Below, one piece after another: positions 1 to 11,100 of a stretch of DNA of 64,000 nucleotides. The translations under genes and the position numbers were made by a program. Source of the DNA: Ranitomeya imitator (Eukaryota); contig NC_091285.1 of assembly GCF_032444005.1 (NCBI RefSeq), positions 12,338,001 through 12,402,000 on the forward strand, given 5' to 3'. Below the pieces are notes generated by a model. It searched no databases. It was given only the letters and a program-made list of their open reading frames with translations, and was not told where the DNA came from. Numbering within the stretch: the stretch's first letter is position 1; every line of letters starts with the position of its first letter.

Positions 1-83
1 AAAAAAGGCATGGGTCTCCAGCCATAAATGTCATTACAATTAAGTCAGAACATCACGATGGTAACCATCCATTATATCCCTAT

Positions 84-116
84 TTGATAAAGCTAAACGC
101 GAAACGCGCGTCGGGG
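84..116 (+). ncRNA. Degenerate minimal hammerhead-ribozyme motif (U3-A8 variant, Penelope-type)
   Basis: TTGATAA-A-GC taaac GC-GAAAC GCGC GTC: core, 2-bp helix II, palindromic helix III ACGCGCGT, GUC triplet; helix I pairing poor. Confidence 0.4.
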
Positions 117-582
117 TTGGGCCTGGCTCCGTGGCATAGCAGTACATCATGGGTGAGCACTGAGCATATTTGACATATTCATTATTTTCTACCTGTAATA
201 TACATACTTATGTTTGGGGAACTTCCTTAAGTTGATAGTAGATGTTTGATCGCTGATGCTGTGCGCACTTTGGCAATTGGCAGCTTGGCTAGATTAGACT
301 TGCACTTGCGTTAAACTTTGCATTGTGCTGCCATAACGCACACATAATGGATTGTTACCATAGTGATGTACCATCACTGATGTTCTGACTTATGACCTCA
401 TGGTAGAGCCCGACATATGAGAGCCTTCTTGCTGCATTATCTGCAACATGATCCCTGTATAGTTATGATTAGGAATAATGCTGACTACTGGGTGCCACTC
501 TGTTAGATCCACGTTATAAACCAAATTTTGCAAGATGATTTCTGCCCTAGAAAGGGACCCGCGAATGCTGGAGTATTGAAAC

Positions 583-1111
583 ATGCTTTTATACAACCGT
601 AAGAGAGCTTTTCCCCAAGACAGCAGTGAAGCACACGGTTCACATCGCAGTTATAGACTTCCAACCTCCGGCACATCAATTCGTCAACGCCAAAACATGA
701 GCAGCAGCGGTGGAAGCGGAAGAAGCAACTTCCGTGAGTCCTTTGACACTTTTTTTTTAGACCAACTCGTGCACCAGCACAATAGAGTCCACGTCTTACA
801 CGTGGTGAACGAATGGAGAGGATGGTGCAGGAGTATCTAGAACTGAATATCAGGGAGGGTTTGCACATTTTCGTCTTCCAAAAAGGATGAGTGGCCCGAG
901 CTCGCCTCACACGCCTTGGAGCTTTTATCGTTCCCGGCAGCCTACGATTTCTCAGAGCGTGTCTTCAGGTGGTGGTGCTGCTGGTGGTGTCCTGACGTAT
1001 AAGCAAATCCGGCTGTCCCCTGAAAGTGTAGACCGCCTAACTTTCATCAGCATGAACAAGTCATGGATCCCCAAGGACTTTTGCTCCTCATTTGCAGAGT
1101 GTACAGACTAG
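583..1111 (+). mobile_element. Decayed hAT transposase C-terminal (dimerisation domain) remnant
   Basis: Frameshifted pieces read WPELASHALELL..PAAYDFSERVF / GGVLTYKQIRLSPESVDRLTFISMNKSW, the hAT C-terminal W-P-x-L...SERxFS...R-L...N pattern; duplicated at 42333-42867. Confidence 0.75.
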
Positions 1112-1214
1112 GTGATATTGCATTTTTTAGTGTGATGCATTAATGTCACGTAACTACAGTCTGTGATATCTTTAATGTGTCTTCTGTTGCTGCTGATGAT
1201 GTTAACACAAATTT

Positions 1215-1560
1215 GTGGAAATGTGAACAGTCATGGTTGGTCTACATCTGCTGGGTTCGCTGTAGTGGAAGACGTGTCAGTCCCAATTAAACTATTTCTA
1301 TTCTCGTGACAGTTATTCCACTTCGGTGGTGTCAGGCCCTCATTTTTTAAAATGTGAAGACTCCTGGTTGGGTGTCCATCTGCTGGATTGGGTGTAGAGA
1401 CAGACTTGTCGGTTCCTATTATACTATTTCTACTGTGGTGACATTGATGCCACTTTGGTGTTGACTGGCAATAATTTTTAAAAATGTGAACACTCCTAGT
1501 TGGGTCTCCTTCATGCGTGTTGTCTGTAGCAGTAGACATCTGACACCGTCAGGCCTCCAC
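1215..1560. repeat. ~132-bp degenerate tandem repeat (about 3 units) downstream of the hAT remnant
   Basis: aaatgtgaa(c/g)a..c.tggttgg recurs at ~1219, 1350, 1482; the paralogous copy at 42984-43420 has 4 units. Confidence 0.7.
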
Positions 1561-1899
1561 TTCCTTGGACTCAACTACCCGTGTTACTATCATACCTCCC
1601 AACCGTCCCAGATCCAGCGGGGCTGTCCTGATTTTGACAGTCAGCCCCGCGATCCCGGGCGGGACACTACTTGTCCCGCACTGGTTGGGAGGTGTGTAAT
1701 ACATCCAGTCCGCTCCCTGAGTCCCTGCACCCTCAGAGCAGCACAACACATATCGGCTGCTCTGTGCGCACAGGACCTGTGATGAGGTCACAGGATGGGA
1801 GGAGTCAGGGGGTCACGTGATCGGGAGGACCTCCATGTAGAGGACTCTGCTGGTTGCCATGGCGCTGGACGAGGGTAAGTAAAGTGTATGTGTGAGGTC

Positions 1900-3400
1900 A
1901 GGAGGTGTACAGTGTGGATGTAGCAGAGCCACGTGTGTACGAGGTGTGCGGAGCGGAGCCGTGTGTGTACGAGGTGTGCGGAGCAGAGCCACGTGTGTAC
2001 GAGGTGTACGGAGCGGAGCCACATGTGTACGAGGTGTGCGGAGCACAGCCACGTGTGTACAAGGTGTACGGAGTGGAGCCACGTGTGTGCGAGGTGTGCG
2101 GAGCGGAGCAGCGTGTGCATTGTATATGGAGCGGAGCCGTGTGTGTACGAGGTGTATGGAGCAGAGCAGCATGTGAAAGGTGTATGGAGCAGAGTCGTGT
2201 GCGTACAATGTGTACGGAGCGGAGCCGTGTGTGTATGAGGTGTACGGAGCAGAGCAGCGTGTGAAAGGTATATGAAGCAGAGTCATGTGTGTAAGATGTC
2301 TAGGGAGCGGAGCCATGTGTGTAAGAGGTACACCTCGTACACACACGGCTCCGCTCCGTACACCTCATACACACACTGTTCCTCTCCATACATCTCGTAC
2401 ACACACGGCTCCGCCCCGTACACCTCGTACACACACAGATCCGCTCTGTATACCTTGCACACACGGCTCCGCTCCGTACACCTCATACACACTGTTCCTC
2501 TCCATACATCTCGTACACACACGGCTCTGCTCCGTACACCTCGTACACACACTGTTCCTCTCCATACATCTCGCACACACACGGCTCCGCTCCGTACACC
2601 TCGTACACACACTGCTCCGCTCCATATACAATGCAATACAATGTGTATGGAGCAGAGCCGAGTGTACGAGGCGTACAGAGTGGAGCCGAGTGTTTATGAG
2701 GTGTACGGAGTGGAGCCGTGTGTGCACGAGGTGTACGGAGTGGAGCCGTGTGTGTATGAGGTGTACGGAGTGGAGCCGTGTGTGTACGAGGTGTACGGAA
2801 CGGAGCCGTGTGTGTATGAGGTGTACGGAACGGAGCCGTGTGTGTATGAGGTGTACGGAGTGGAGCCGTGTGTGTACGAGGTGTACGGAACGGAGCCGTG
2901 TGTGTATGAGGTGTACGGAGTGGAGCCGTGTGTGTACGAGGTGTACGGAACGGAGCCGTGTGTGTATGAGGTGTACGGAGTGGAGCCGTGTGTGTACGAG
3001 GTGTACGGAGCGAGCCGTGTGTGTATGAGGTGTACGGAGCGGAGCCGTGTGTGTATGAGGTGTACGGAGCGGAGCCGTGTGTGTATGAGGTGTACGGAGC
3101 GGAGCCGTGTGTGTATGAGGTGTACGGAGCGGAGCCGTGTGTGTATGAGGTGTACGGAGCGAGCCGTGTGTGTATGAGGTGTACGGAGCGGAGCCGTGTG
3201 TGTATGAGGTGTACGGAGCGGAGCCGTGTGTGTATGAGGTGTACGGAGCGAGCCGTGTGTGTATGAGGTGTACGGAGCGGAGCCGTGTGTGTATGAGGTG
3301 TACGGAGCGGAGCCGTGTGTGTGCAAGGTATACGGAGCGGAGCCGTGTGTGTATGAGGTGTACGGAGCGGAGTCGTATGTGTACGAGGTGTATGGAGCAG
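1900..3400. repeat. Minisatellite array 1, ~30-bp unit (gtgtgtgtatgaggtgtacggagcggagcc), with an internal inverted block at ~2330-2630
   Basis: Directly visible tandem units; 2330-2630 is in reverse-complement orientation. Confidence 0.95.
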
Positions 3401-3635
3401 ACGCTGGCTTAGTCGGATCGGAGCAAATATTGCTCCTCGCTCTGACACGGACTGGCACAGGAGACACGGAGGTCTTTATCAGTGGCATATCACAGCTGCA
3501 GCGACGTAAGCAGTCTGCGGTGCAGCTGGATGACACCATTTAGCGCCGGGGGAGTGGAAGCTGCCGGCTGCTGCGAGGGTGCACGGTAAAAGGTGTGTGT
3601 GTATTGATGGAGAAAGCAATGATGGGGTGGGGGTA

Positions 3636-4369
3636 ACTATGTGTGGCCATTATACTGTACCCAGCATCGTGTGGGGGCATTATACTGTACAACGCAATAT
3701 GTGGGGCCATTATACTGTATGGACCATCACGTGGGGCAAGTATACTGTACGCAGCATCATGTGTGGTCATTATACAGCATGGAGCATTATGTGTGGCCAT
3801 TATACAGTATGGGGCACTGTGTGGCCATTATACAGTACGAAGCATCATGTGTGGCCATTATACAGTATGGAGCATCATGTGGGGTGATTATACAGTATGG
3901 AGCATCATGTGGTAATTATACAGTACGGAGCACTATGTGTGGCCATTATACAGTATGGAGCATCATGTGTGGCCATTATACAGTAAGGAGCATCATGTGT
4001 GGCCATTATACAGTATGGAGCATCATGTGCAGCCATTATACAGTATGGAGCATCATGTGTGGCCATTATAAAGTACGAAGCATCATGTGTGGCCATTATA
4101 CAGTATGGGGCACTGTGTGGACATTATACAGTACGGAGCATCATGTGTGGCCATTATACAGTATGGAGCATCATGTGCGGTCATTATACAGTATTGAGCA
4201 TCATGTGCAGCCATTATACAGTATGGAGCATCATGTGTGGCCATTATAAAGTACGAAGCATCATGTGTGGCCATTATACAGTATGGGGCACTGTGTGGAC
4301 ATTATACAGTACGCAGCATCATGTGTGGCCATTATACAGTATGGAGCATCATGTGTGGCCATTATACAG
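3636..4369. repeat. Minisatellite array 2, ~30-bp unit (ggccattatacagtatggagcatcatgtgt)
   Basis: Directly visible tandem units with 28-bp variants. Confidence 0.95.
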
Positions 4370-4439
4370 TTTTGCAATATTCGCCGATTAATTCGTCGAA
4401 TATTGGCCGAACATAGCCAAATGCCATTCTAGTCAATGG

Positions 4440-4647
4440 GAGGCAAAAACAAACACATGCACAACACCTTATATCAACAAGAAAATCAGCCGCACTCAAG
4501 TAGTTGAGATTTATGCAAAAAGTGTTGTTTCTTTATTCGTGTATACAAACATCACCAGGTGCTTTCAGATATATAGTGATTGCGGACAATAAGGTTAACG
4601 TTTCGACCAGGGACGGTCTTTGTCACTTGTGCCAGAAGGATAAATGA
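4440..4647 (-). mobile_element. Penelope-like terminal fragment with a damaged hammerhead (5' strand of helix I deleted)
   Basis: Reverse complement reads gtGACAAA GACC gtccct GGTC GAAACGTT aacctta ... AATAAA ... GAGTGC; inverted copy of 43875-44070, which keeps 8 extra nt (gaggtttt). Confidence 0.6.
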
Positions 4648-4649
4648 TG

Positions 4650-5230
4650 GGCAATGATGATCGTATGGGAGGCAATGATGGAGGTGATAGGCAATGATGG
4701 AGGTGATGGGCAATTGTGGTGGGGAGGCAATAATGGAGATGATGGGCAATGATGGTGGTGGGGGAGACAATGATGGAGGTGATGGGCAATGATGGTGGTG
4801 GGGGAGACAATGATGGAGGTGATGGGCAATGATGGTGGGGGAAGACAATGATGGAGGTGATGGGCAATGATGGTGGTGGTGGGGAGGCAATGATGGAAGT
4901 GATGGGCAATGATGGTGGGGAGACAATGATGGAGGTGATGGGCAATCATGGTGAGGGAGGGAATGATGGAGGTGATGGGCAATGATGGTGGGGAGGCAAT
5001 GATGGAGGTGATGGGCAATGATGGTGGTGGGGGGAGGCAATGATGGAGGTGGGAGGCAATGGTGGTGGAGGAGGCAATGATGGAGGTGATGGGCAATGAT
5101 GGTGGTGATGAAATGGACAATGATGGTGGAGGAGGAGGCAATGATGCAGGTGGTGGAATGGGCAGTGATGGAGGTGGTGGGGGAGAAGGCAATGATGGAG
5201 GTGGTGATGAGGACAATGATGGGGTGGAGA
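4650..5230. repeat. G-rich low-complexity minisatellite (atgatggaggtgatgggcaatgatggtggtggggg...)
   Basis: Directly visible; strong G/C strand skew. Confidence 0.9.
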
Positions 5231-5600
5231 GGGGCTGCATTATACTTTATGAGGGGACTACATTATATTCCGTGGGGGGACTGCATTATTCTCAGGGGAC
5301 TACATTATATTATGGGAGGCTACATCATACTGTTTGAGGGGGCTACAGTATACTCTATGGGGGGCTGCATTATATTCTGTGGTGGGGCTGCATTAAACTA
5401 TATGAGGGGGGCTGCATTATACCCTATGAGGGTGCTACATTATATTCTATGGTGGGGACTGCATTATACCTGAGGGGGTTGCATTATATTTTGTGGGGTG
5501 CTGCATTATATTCTATGAGAGGGGACTGCGTTATATTTTATGAGGGGGCTAAATTATATTCTGTGAAGGGGCTAAATTATATTCTATGTGGGAACTACCC
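5230..5600. repeat. Degenerate ~25-bp minisatellite (ggggctgcattata...)
   Basis: Repeated cattata core related to array 2. Confidence 0.8.
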
Positions 5601-5759
5601 CAACCCCTGCTACATAATTAAGATGTGAACTACCTTATACCCTGATATTAGCGCTTTTTAGCGCACAATTGGTGGTCTTGTATCTATTTCTATGTAGCTA
5701 CATAGTGGGCCCCAAGAATGATTTTCTCTGGTGGGCCCAAGGTGCTCCAGTCCGACGCT

Positions 5760-6362
5760 GCACACACGGCTCTGCTCCGTACACCTCATACACACACGGC
5801 TCTGCTCCGTACACCTCATACACACATGGCTCCGCTCCATACACCTCATACACACGGCTCTGCTCCGAACACCTCATACACACCCGGCTCTGCTCCATAC
5901 ACCTCATACACACACAGCTCGGCTCCATACACCTCATACACACACAGCTCGGCTCCATACACCTCATACACACACAGCTCGGCTCCATACACCTCATACA
6001 CACATGGCTCTGCTCCGTACACCTCATACACACACGGCTCTACTCCGTACACCTCATACACACACGGCTCTGCTCCGTACACCTCATACACACATGGCTC
6101 TGCTCCGTGCACCTCGTACACACACGGCTCTGCTCCGTACACCTCATACACACATGGCTCTGCTCCGTGCACCTCGTACACACATGGCTCCGCTCCATAC
6201 ACCTCATACACACGGCTCTGCTCCGTACACCTCATACACACACGGCTCTGCTCCGTGCACCTCATACACACGGCTCTGCTCCGAACACCTCATACACACA
6301 CGGCTCTGCTCCGTGCACCTCGTACACACACGGCTCTGCTCCGTACACCTCGTACACACACG
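5760..6362. repeat. Minisatellite array 1, reverse orientation, immediately upstream of TRIM A
   Basis: acacggctctgctccgtacacctcatacac units; ends at the cacgtgtgtgacag junction shared with TRIM D (52345-52362). Confidence 0.95.
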
Positions 6363-6549
6363 TGTGTGACAGTTTTTTTTCTCTGACTTTATTAGAAAAA
6401 TGGAAAATGTTCCATTCAACACTGATCCTCATTAAGTTATTTACTGAGATCCTCGGTGTCGCTAAACCTGTAGATAGCACCTGAAGGATAAGTTCCGTCT
6501 CGCCCTTTCTCATGAATGTGGATCACACCCACTGGGTGTGTGTTTGAGA

Positions 6550-6581
6550 ATTCTACTTTCATTTCTTGCTTCTGCTTTCAG
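6550..6581 (+). other. Splice acceptor 2 nt upstream of the TRIM A ATG (same at 36396 and 52573)
   Basis: Polypyrimidine tract ttctactttcatttcttgcttctgctttCAG followed by TG ATG; implies an upstream non-coding exon that I could not locate. Confidence 0.65.
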
Positions 6582-6583
6582 TG

Positions 6584-8191
6584 ATGGCGTCTGTTGTTCT
6601 AAGAAAGGAGCTGGAATGTTCCATCTGTCTGACCCTGTATACAGATCCTGTCACCCTGAGATGTGGACACAACTTCTGCCGGGTCTGTATTGATCAGTTC
6701 CTTAATACACAGGATGGATCTGGAGATTATTCCTGTCCTGAATGTAGAGAAGAGTTTCAGGAGCGGCCGACACTGAAGAGGAACATAACTCTGTGTAATG
6801 TCGTGGAGAATTTCCTGTCTACTCATCCACATCAGGAGGAGATCACCGGGATCTGCTGCACTTACTGCATTCACTCTCCGGTACCTGCTGTTAGATCCTG
6901 TCTACACTGTGAGGCTTCTCTGTGTGATAATCACCTGAGGGTTCACAGTAAAGGACCAGAACACGTCCTCACCGATCCCAGCACTTCTCTGGAGACCAGG
7001 AAATGTTCTGTCCATATGAAGATCCTGGAATATTACTGCACGGAGGACGCTGCTTGTATCTGTGTGTCCTGCAGTTTGGCCGGAGAACATCGGGGACACC
7101 GGGTGGAGATGCTGGAGGAGGCCTCTGAGAAGAAGAAGAAGAAACTGAGAAATGTTCTCCAGAAACTGATCACAAAGAGGAAGAAGACTGAGGAAAGAGT
7201 CCAGAGTCTGGAAGATCGAAGGAGAAAAGCTCAAGAAAAAGCAGCTGGAGAAGCCGAGAGAGTCACTGCCCAGTTTACAGACATCAGGAGACGGGTGGAC
7301 GACCTGGAGAAGAAGGTCCTGAGTGAGATCTCCAGGTGGGAAGAGAAGATGTCACTGTCACTGTCTGATGTGATACAGAAGCTGGAAATAAAGAAGGACG
7401 AGCTGTCCAGGAAGATGAGACACATTGAGGAGCTGTGTAACATGACGGATCCACTGACTGTTTTACAGGAACCAGACACCGGTGACTTGTGTGATCCTGA
7501 GGAGGAGGGAGGTGATGAGGACACAGGAGGACATGATGGAGGTGATGAGGACACAGGAGGACATGATGGAGCTGATCGGGGCGCGGAGCTGATATCACAC
7601 ATATCACACACATTATCTGCTATGATAAGAGATATAAATGTGACCTTCCATGTTCAGGATCCTGCAGACATATTACTGGATGTAAACACGGCTGATAATA
7701 ATCTCCGTATATCAGACGACCTGAAAACTGCGACCTGGACAGAAATAAGACAGAATCGTCCAGAAACTGCAGAGAGATTCCTGTATCCTCAGGTGATGAG
7801 CGGGACGAGATTTACCTCAGGACGACATTACTGGGATGTGGACATCAGGAGATCAGGGGATTGGAGTGTGGGGATGTGTTACCCCAGTATAGACCGGAGG
7901 GGGCTGCAGTCATACATTGGAGATAATAACAAGTCCTGGTGTTTATATAAAGGGCTGGCGTATAATAATCAGTTTTCAGTGATACATGACAGTAAAGTGA
8001 TCCGGTTACCTCACCAGATCTCCAGTGATCGGTTCAGGATATGTCTGGATTATGAGGCCGGGCAGTTGTCCTTTTATGAGCTGTGTGACCCCATCAGACA
8101 CTTACACACCTTCACTGCCGCCTTCTCCGAGCCTCTACATGCTGCGTTATTTGTACATGATGGTTCTATAAAGATATCAGGGAGGAGCTGA
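6584..8191 (+). CDS. TRIM E3 ligase copy A (RING, B-box1, B-box2, coiled coil, PRY/SPRY; TRIM25/16-like), 535 aa, single coding exon
   Basis: C3HC4 RING CSIC..CGHNFC..C..CPEC; B-box1 CTYC..CLHC..LC..H..H; B-box2 CSVH..C..C..C..H..H; SPRY motifs GRHYWDV, WSVGMC, LDYEAGQLSFY; true ATG at 6584 (the track starts at an upstream TTG). Confidence 0.95.
   Translation: MASVVLRKELECSICLTLYTDPVTLRCGHNFCRVCIDQFLNTQDGSGDYSCPECREEFQERPTLKRNITLCNVVENFLSTHPHQEEITGICCTYCIHSPVPAVRSCLHCEASLCDNHLRVHSKGPEHVLTDPSTSLETRKCSVHMKILEYYCTEDAACICVSCSLAGEHRGHRVEMLEEASEKKKKKLRNVLQKLITKRKKTEERVQSLEDRRRKAQEKAAGEAERVTAQFTDIRRRVDDLEKKVLSEISRWEEKMSLSLSDVIQKLEIKKDELSRKMRHIEELCNMTDPLTVLQEPDTGDLCDPEEEGGDEDTGGHDGGDEDTGGHDGADRGAELISHISHTLSAMIRDINVTFHVQDPADILLDVNTADNNLRISDDLKTATWTEIRQNRPETAERFLYPQVMSGTRFTSGRHYWDVDIRRSGDWSVGMCYPSIDRRGLQSYIGDNNKSWCLYKGLAYNNQFSVIHDSKVIRLPHQISSDRFRICLDYEAGQLSFYELCDPIRHLHTFTAAFSEPLHAALFVHDGSIKISGRS
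7508..7567 (+). repeat. Coding 30-bp VNTR (GGDEDTGGHD) in the TRIM linker: 2 units in A, ~7 in B, ~3 in C, ~3 in D
   Basis: ggaggtgatgaggacacaggaggacatgat tandem; counted by eye in each paralogue. Confidence 0.9.
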
Positions 8192-11100
8192 GAGGAATCG
8201 TAAATGAAGAAAAATCTGCCTGGAGACTGATTGGTGTATCACTCAGCCAGTAGGAGGCAGCAGTGGGAGGAGCTACAGCTGAGCTCATTTTCTCCAGGAC
8301 TCTTTATAAACAGGGATCTAAAGGGGAACATTCCTCTTGTAGAGATATGCCAGAGTGAGGAGACTTATAGGCCATGCACTGCTCTTCTAGGAAATGAAAT
8401 ATGTGAACTGTCTCTTCAGTGAGGAAAAGGACTTGATCTCTAGTGTCATTATTGGAAGGAGCAATCCTAAAAGTCAGTTTCCGCCCTGTAACGAATCTTG
8501 CCACATGACTTAGGATAAAAGCTGGAGAGCGTCTGGTCGGACTTTTATCCTTAAATCATGTGACAAGGCTCATTGAATGGTCAATATTTCCAGTAGGTGG
8601 CACTAGAGCTCAAGTCCTCTTCATCTCCAGAGACAATTTGCATATCCATACAAACATTAACCCCTTTTGGGCTATGGACTCCTTTGATTGAGGTAAATTA
8701 TATGTTACTGTTTTTCTTTAGTTGTACTAAGTTTCAGGCTGCAATCTTCATCCATTCTCGGACCTCCTAATATGCAGCTCACAATCTGTTCCCAGTTTCA
8801 GACTGGTCTCCTGTGGTCGTGTCCCTATCAGTAATACAGGTTGGATGTGAGGTTTGTGTGACCAAGATGCTGCCGTCTTCTTCAGATCTCATGTGTCAGC
8901 ACAGCTTCATTCCTGAACTGATTTCCCATGCATAATATCTACAATTGAAAAATTGTAGAAAATGTGTAGTGAAGGTTATTTAGAAAGCAAATGAACATTT
9001 AAAAATACAGTGTGAAGATGACCATATTATTCAAACCAGCGCTCCAACATTGTAACCCATATATTGCCATTGAGTCTATTATAACAGTATAATGTAGAGA
9101 CTTTTTATTATATATATATATATATATATGTTTAAGAGATGAACAGTAAATGCATACTTCTGTTAATATACCGAATAAGCCCAGACTAGCGCCACCTCCC
9201 TGAGTTATCATCAAGCTCATAGAGGTGTAGCATTCACCTTATGTCTGTTCACACTCTGATCCTGTACAGTACCTGCCTGACCATTTTTTTTATCTCCTGC
9301 CATTTACTCACATCAGTATATCTGCCTGTGCAGTATTATATCATTGTTAGCTAATTTCTAGCAGAGCTTAATAGTCCTGCAAAATTCCACGATTGGACTT
9401 GTAATAACTGAGCCGTGCAGAGCTGAAACACAAGCTGGGCTGTTTGTTACCCGCTGCTGTCAGATCAGTGTTGTGAAACTGCATATGCCAGTCTATTGAT
9501 ACATAAAGCAGAAGATTATTTTCTGCCATATGCATAAAAATTTAACATTTTCAGTTTCACATCACTGATCTGACCTCTCAGATCATGAAAATATTCACAC
9601 CCTAATTCTGCAGTAAAACCTTTGAAAAGCTACTACATTTAGGGATGGGGCATGAGACCACAGCTTGTCGAATTCATGACGAGATAGGGTGGGTAAGGGT
9701 CAACCACAAAATGAAAGTGTAAAGCTTGGTGGGGATGTGGGAGCTGCTAGGAGAGATCTTGTGCTAATCTGAAATAATCTTGTAGCTCATAGAATGTCTT
9801 CAACACCTCGGAGATGGCTATCCTGGTTACACCAGTAAACATGTATTGCACCGGTGATCAAACTGGGATTACATGGCACATTTGGTAAACTGAGAATTTG
9901 TAACTGAGCTGGAATAAGGCTGATTACACTAATAGGATATTATTGGTGATTTCTATGCCCCTCACAAAATGTACTGGTTTGCTTCCCTTAGGGCTGATTT
10001 ATTTTCATTTTGTTATTATGACACAACATTTTTTGCTTTTTTGTTGTGGCATTGTAAGAGCTATGGTTTTTATTTTTCCTTGTTTTTTGTTTTTCTTGGG
10101 TGGGTCACTTGAAGACTTTATTGGCTTTTTATATGAACGCTGCATTGTACTCGGTGGTTAATTAAAGGACATATTGACCTTATACAATGTACTCAATTTT
10201 ACAAATTAAATTCCATTTCCCAAATTAATTTTAGATGAAAACTTTATCAGTTTTCTAACTACTGTAAAATGACCGATACGATGACGGCTAGGCTTAAAAA
10301 GACCAGTAAGTAGGCTTGTCCTAAACGCCGTCGTCCTAATACGGGTTTTGTACATCTCTTCCGGTTTTGTGAGGAAGTAAAAGAATTGTGGAAGGATGTG
10401 AAGTAGAAGGTGGGGAAGAGGATTGGAAATATAAAAGTTGGGAAACCCTAAAATTTAGTGGCTCGGAGACGTGGACCGATTACGAGGCTCCAGCCTTACA
10501 CAGAAGGATTTGGTGGCCATGGCTTTCTGGACTGCCTGCTTGGTGGTAACAAACAAATCGACGTCTCAGGCTTCAATGACTATTATAGAATGGAAAAAAT
10601 ATAATAAGTAAATTTAGATATCTGGAATACAATATTTTAAGGAAAACACAAAACTGTGGTAAATTTTGGGAAATGTGGAGACCTTGGATCTGGTCCATGA
10701 CGGCTAGAGAGAAACTTTATATAGTAAGATAAGTAAGTGAGGCGTCTTCTCGATTATTCTGGGAAGGTTGGTGGCCATCATTCCTGATTTTACTTTTGTA
10801 CTTTCGACAACAGCAAAAGAAACTAAAAAAGTTACAACATTGGTGGCTGAGGTCAATGATTTATAAATCTCCGGGAACATAATGGTGAGATCCCTAAATG
10901 TGACCCCGGTAGCCCCCCTATTGTAGCATATCCCTTATATTATGTGGTCCTGGTTGTGATACAATGGGGCACCATGATGATGGGGTCATGGCTTATGGCC
11001 ATCGTGGTGACATTACATTGACTTCCATGTGTTACCAGAATTCATATCAACCTCCGTAATTACAAAACTAGACCTGGAAATGTCACCAGTGTCCGCCATG

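Larger units (their letters stand above)
1591..4369. mobile_element. Minisatellite-carrying non-autonomous DNA element (catacctcccaac-type end), inverted relative to the copies upstream of TRIM C and D
   Basis: Starts catacctcccaaccgtccc; the reverse complement of 1591-1900 matches 34860-35040, 35230-35284 and 36085-36170; carries arrays 1 and 2. Confidence 0.5.

Noticed and set aside
4552-5473. Pro/His-rich and Gly/Met-rich ORFs
   Set aside because: Low-complexity GAT/GGT repeat read in different frames.
1788-6513. Many long Cys/His/Tyr-rich ORFs on both strands (for example 2483-3448, 5669-6484; also 32609-34963, 44578-45751, 51949-52506)
   Set aside because: Translations of ~30-bp minisatellites that lack stops in several frames; no domain or splice context.
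6599-7613. Minus-strand ORFs recurring in each TRIM copy
   Set aside because: Antisense shadows, conserved only because the TRIM genes are near-identical.
10270-10760. Possible decayed hammerhead and L1/Tx1 ORF2 3' remnant (duplicate at ~56750-57250)
   Set aside because: Core lacks G5 and G12; protein similarity too weak to support without a search.
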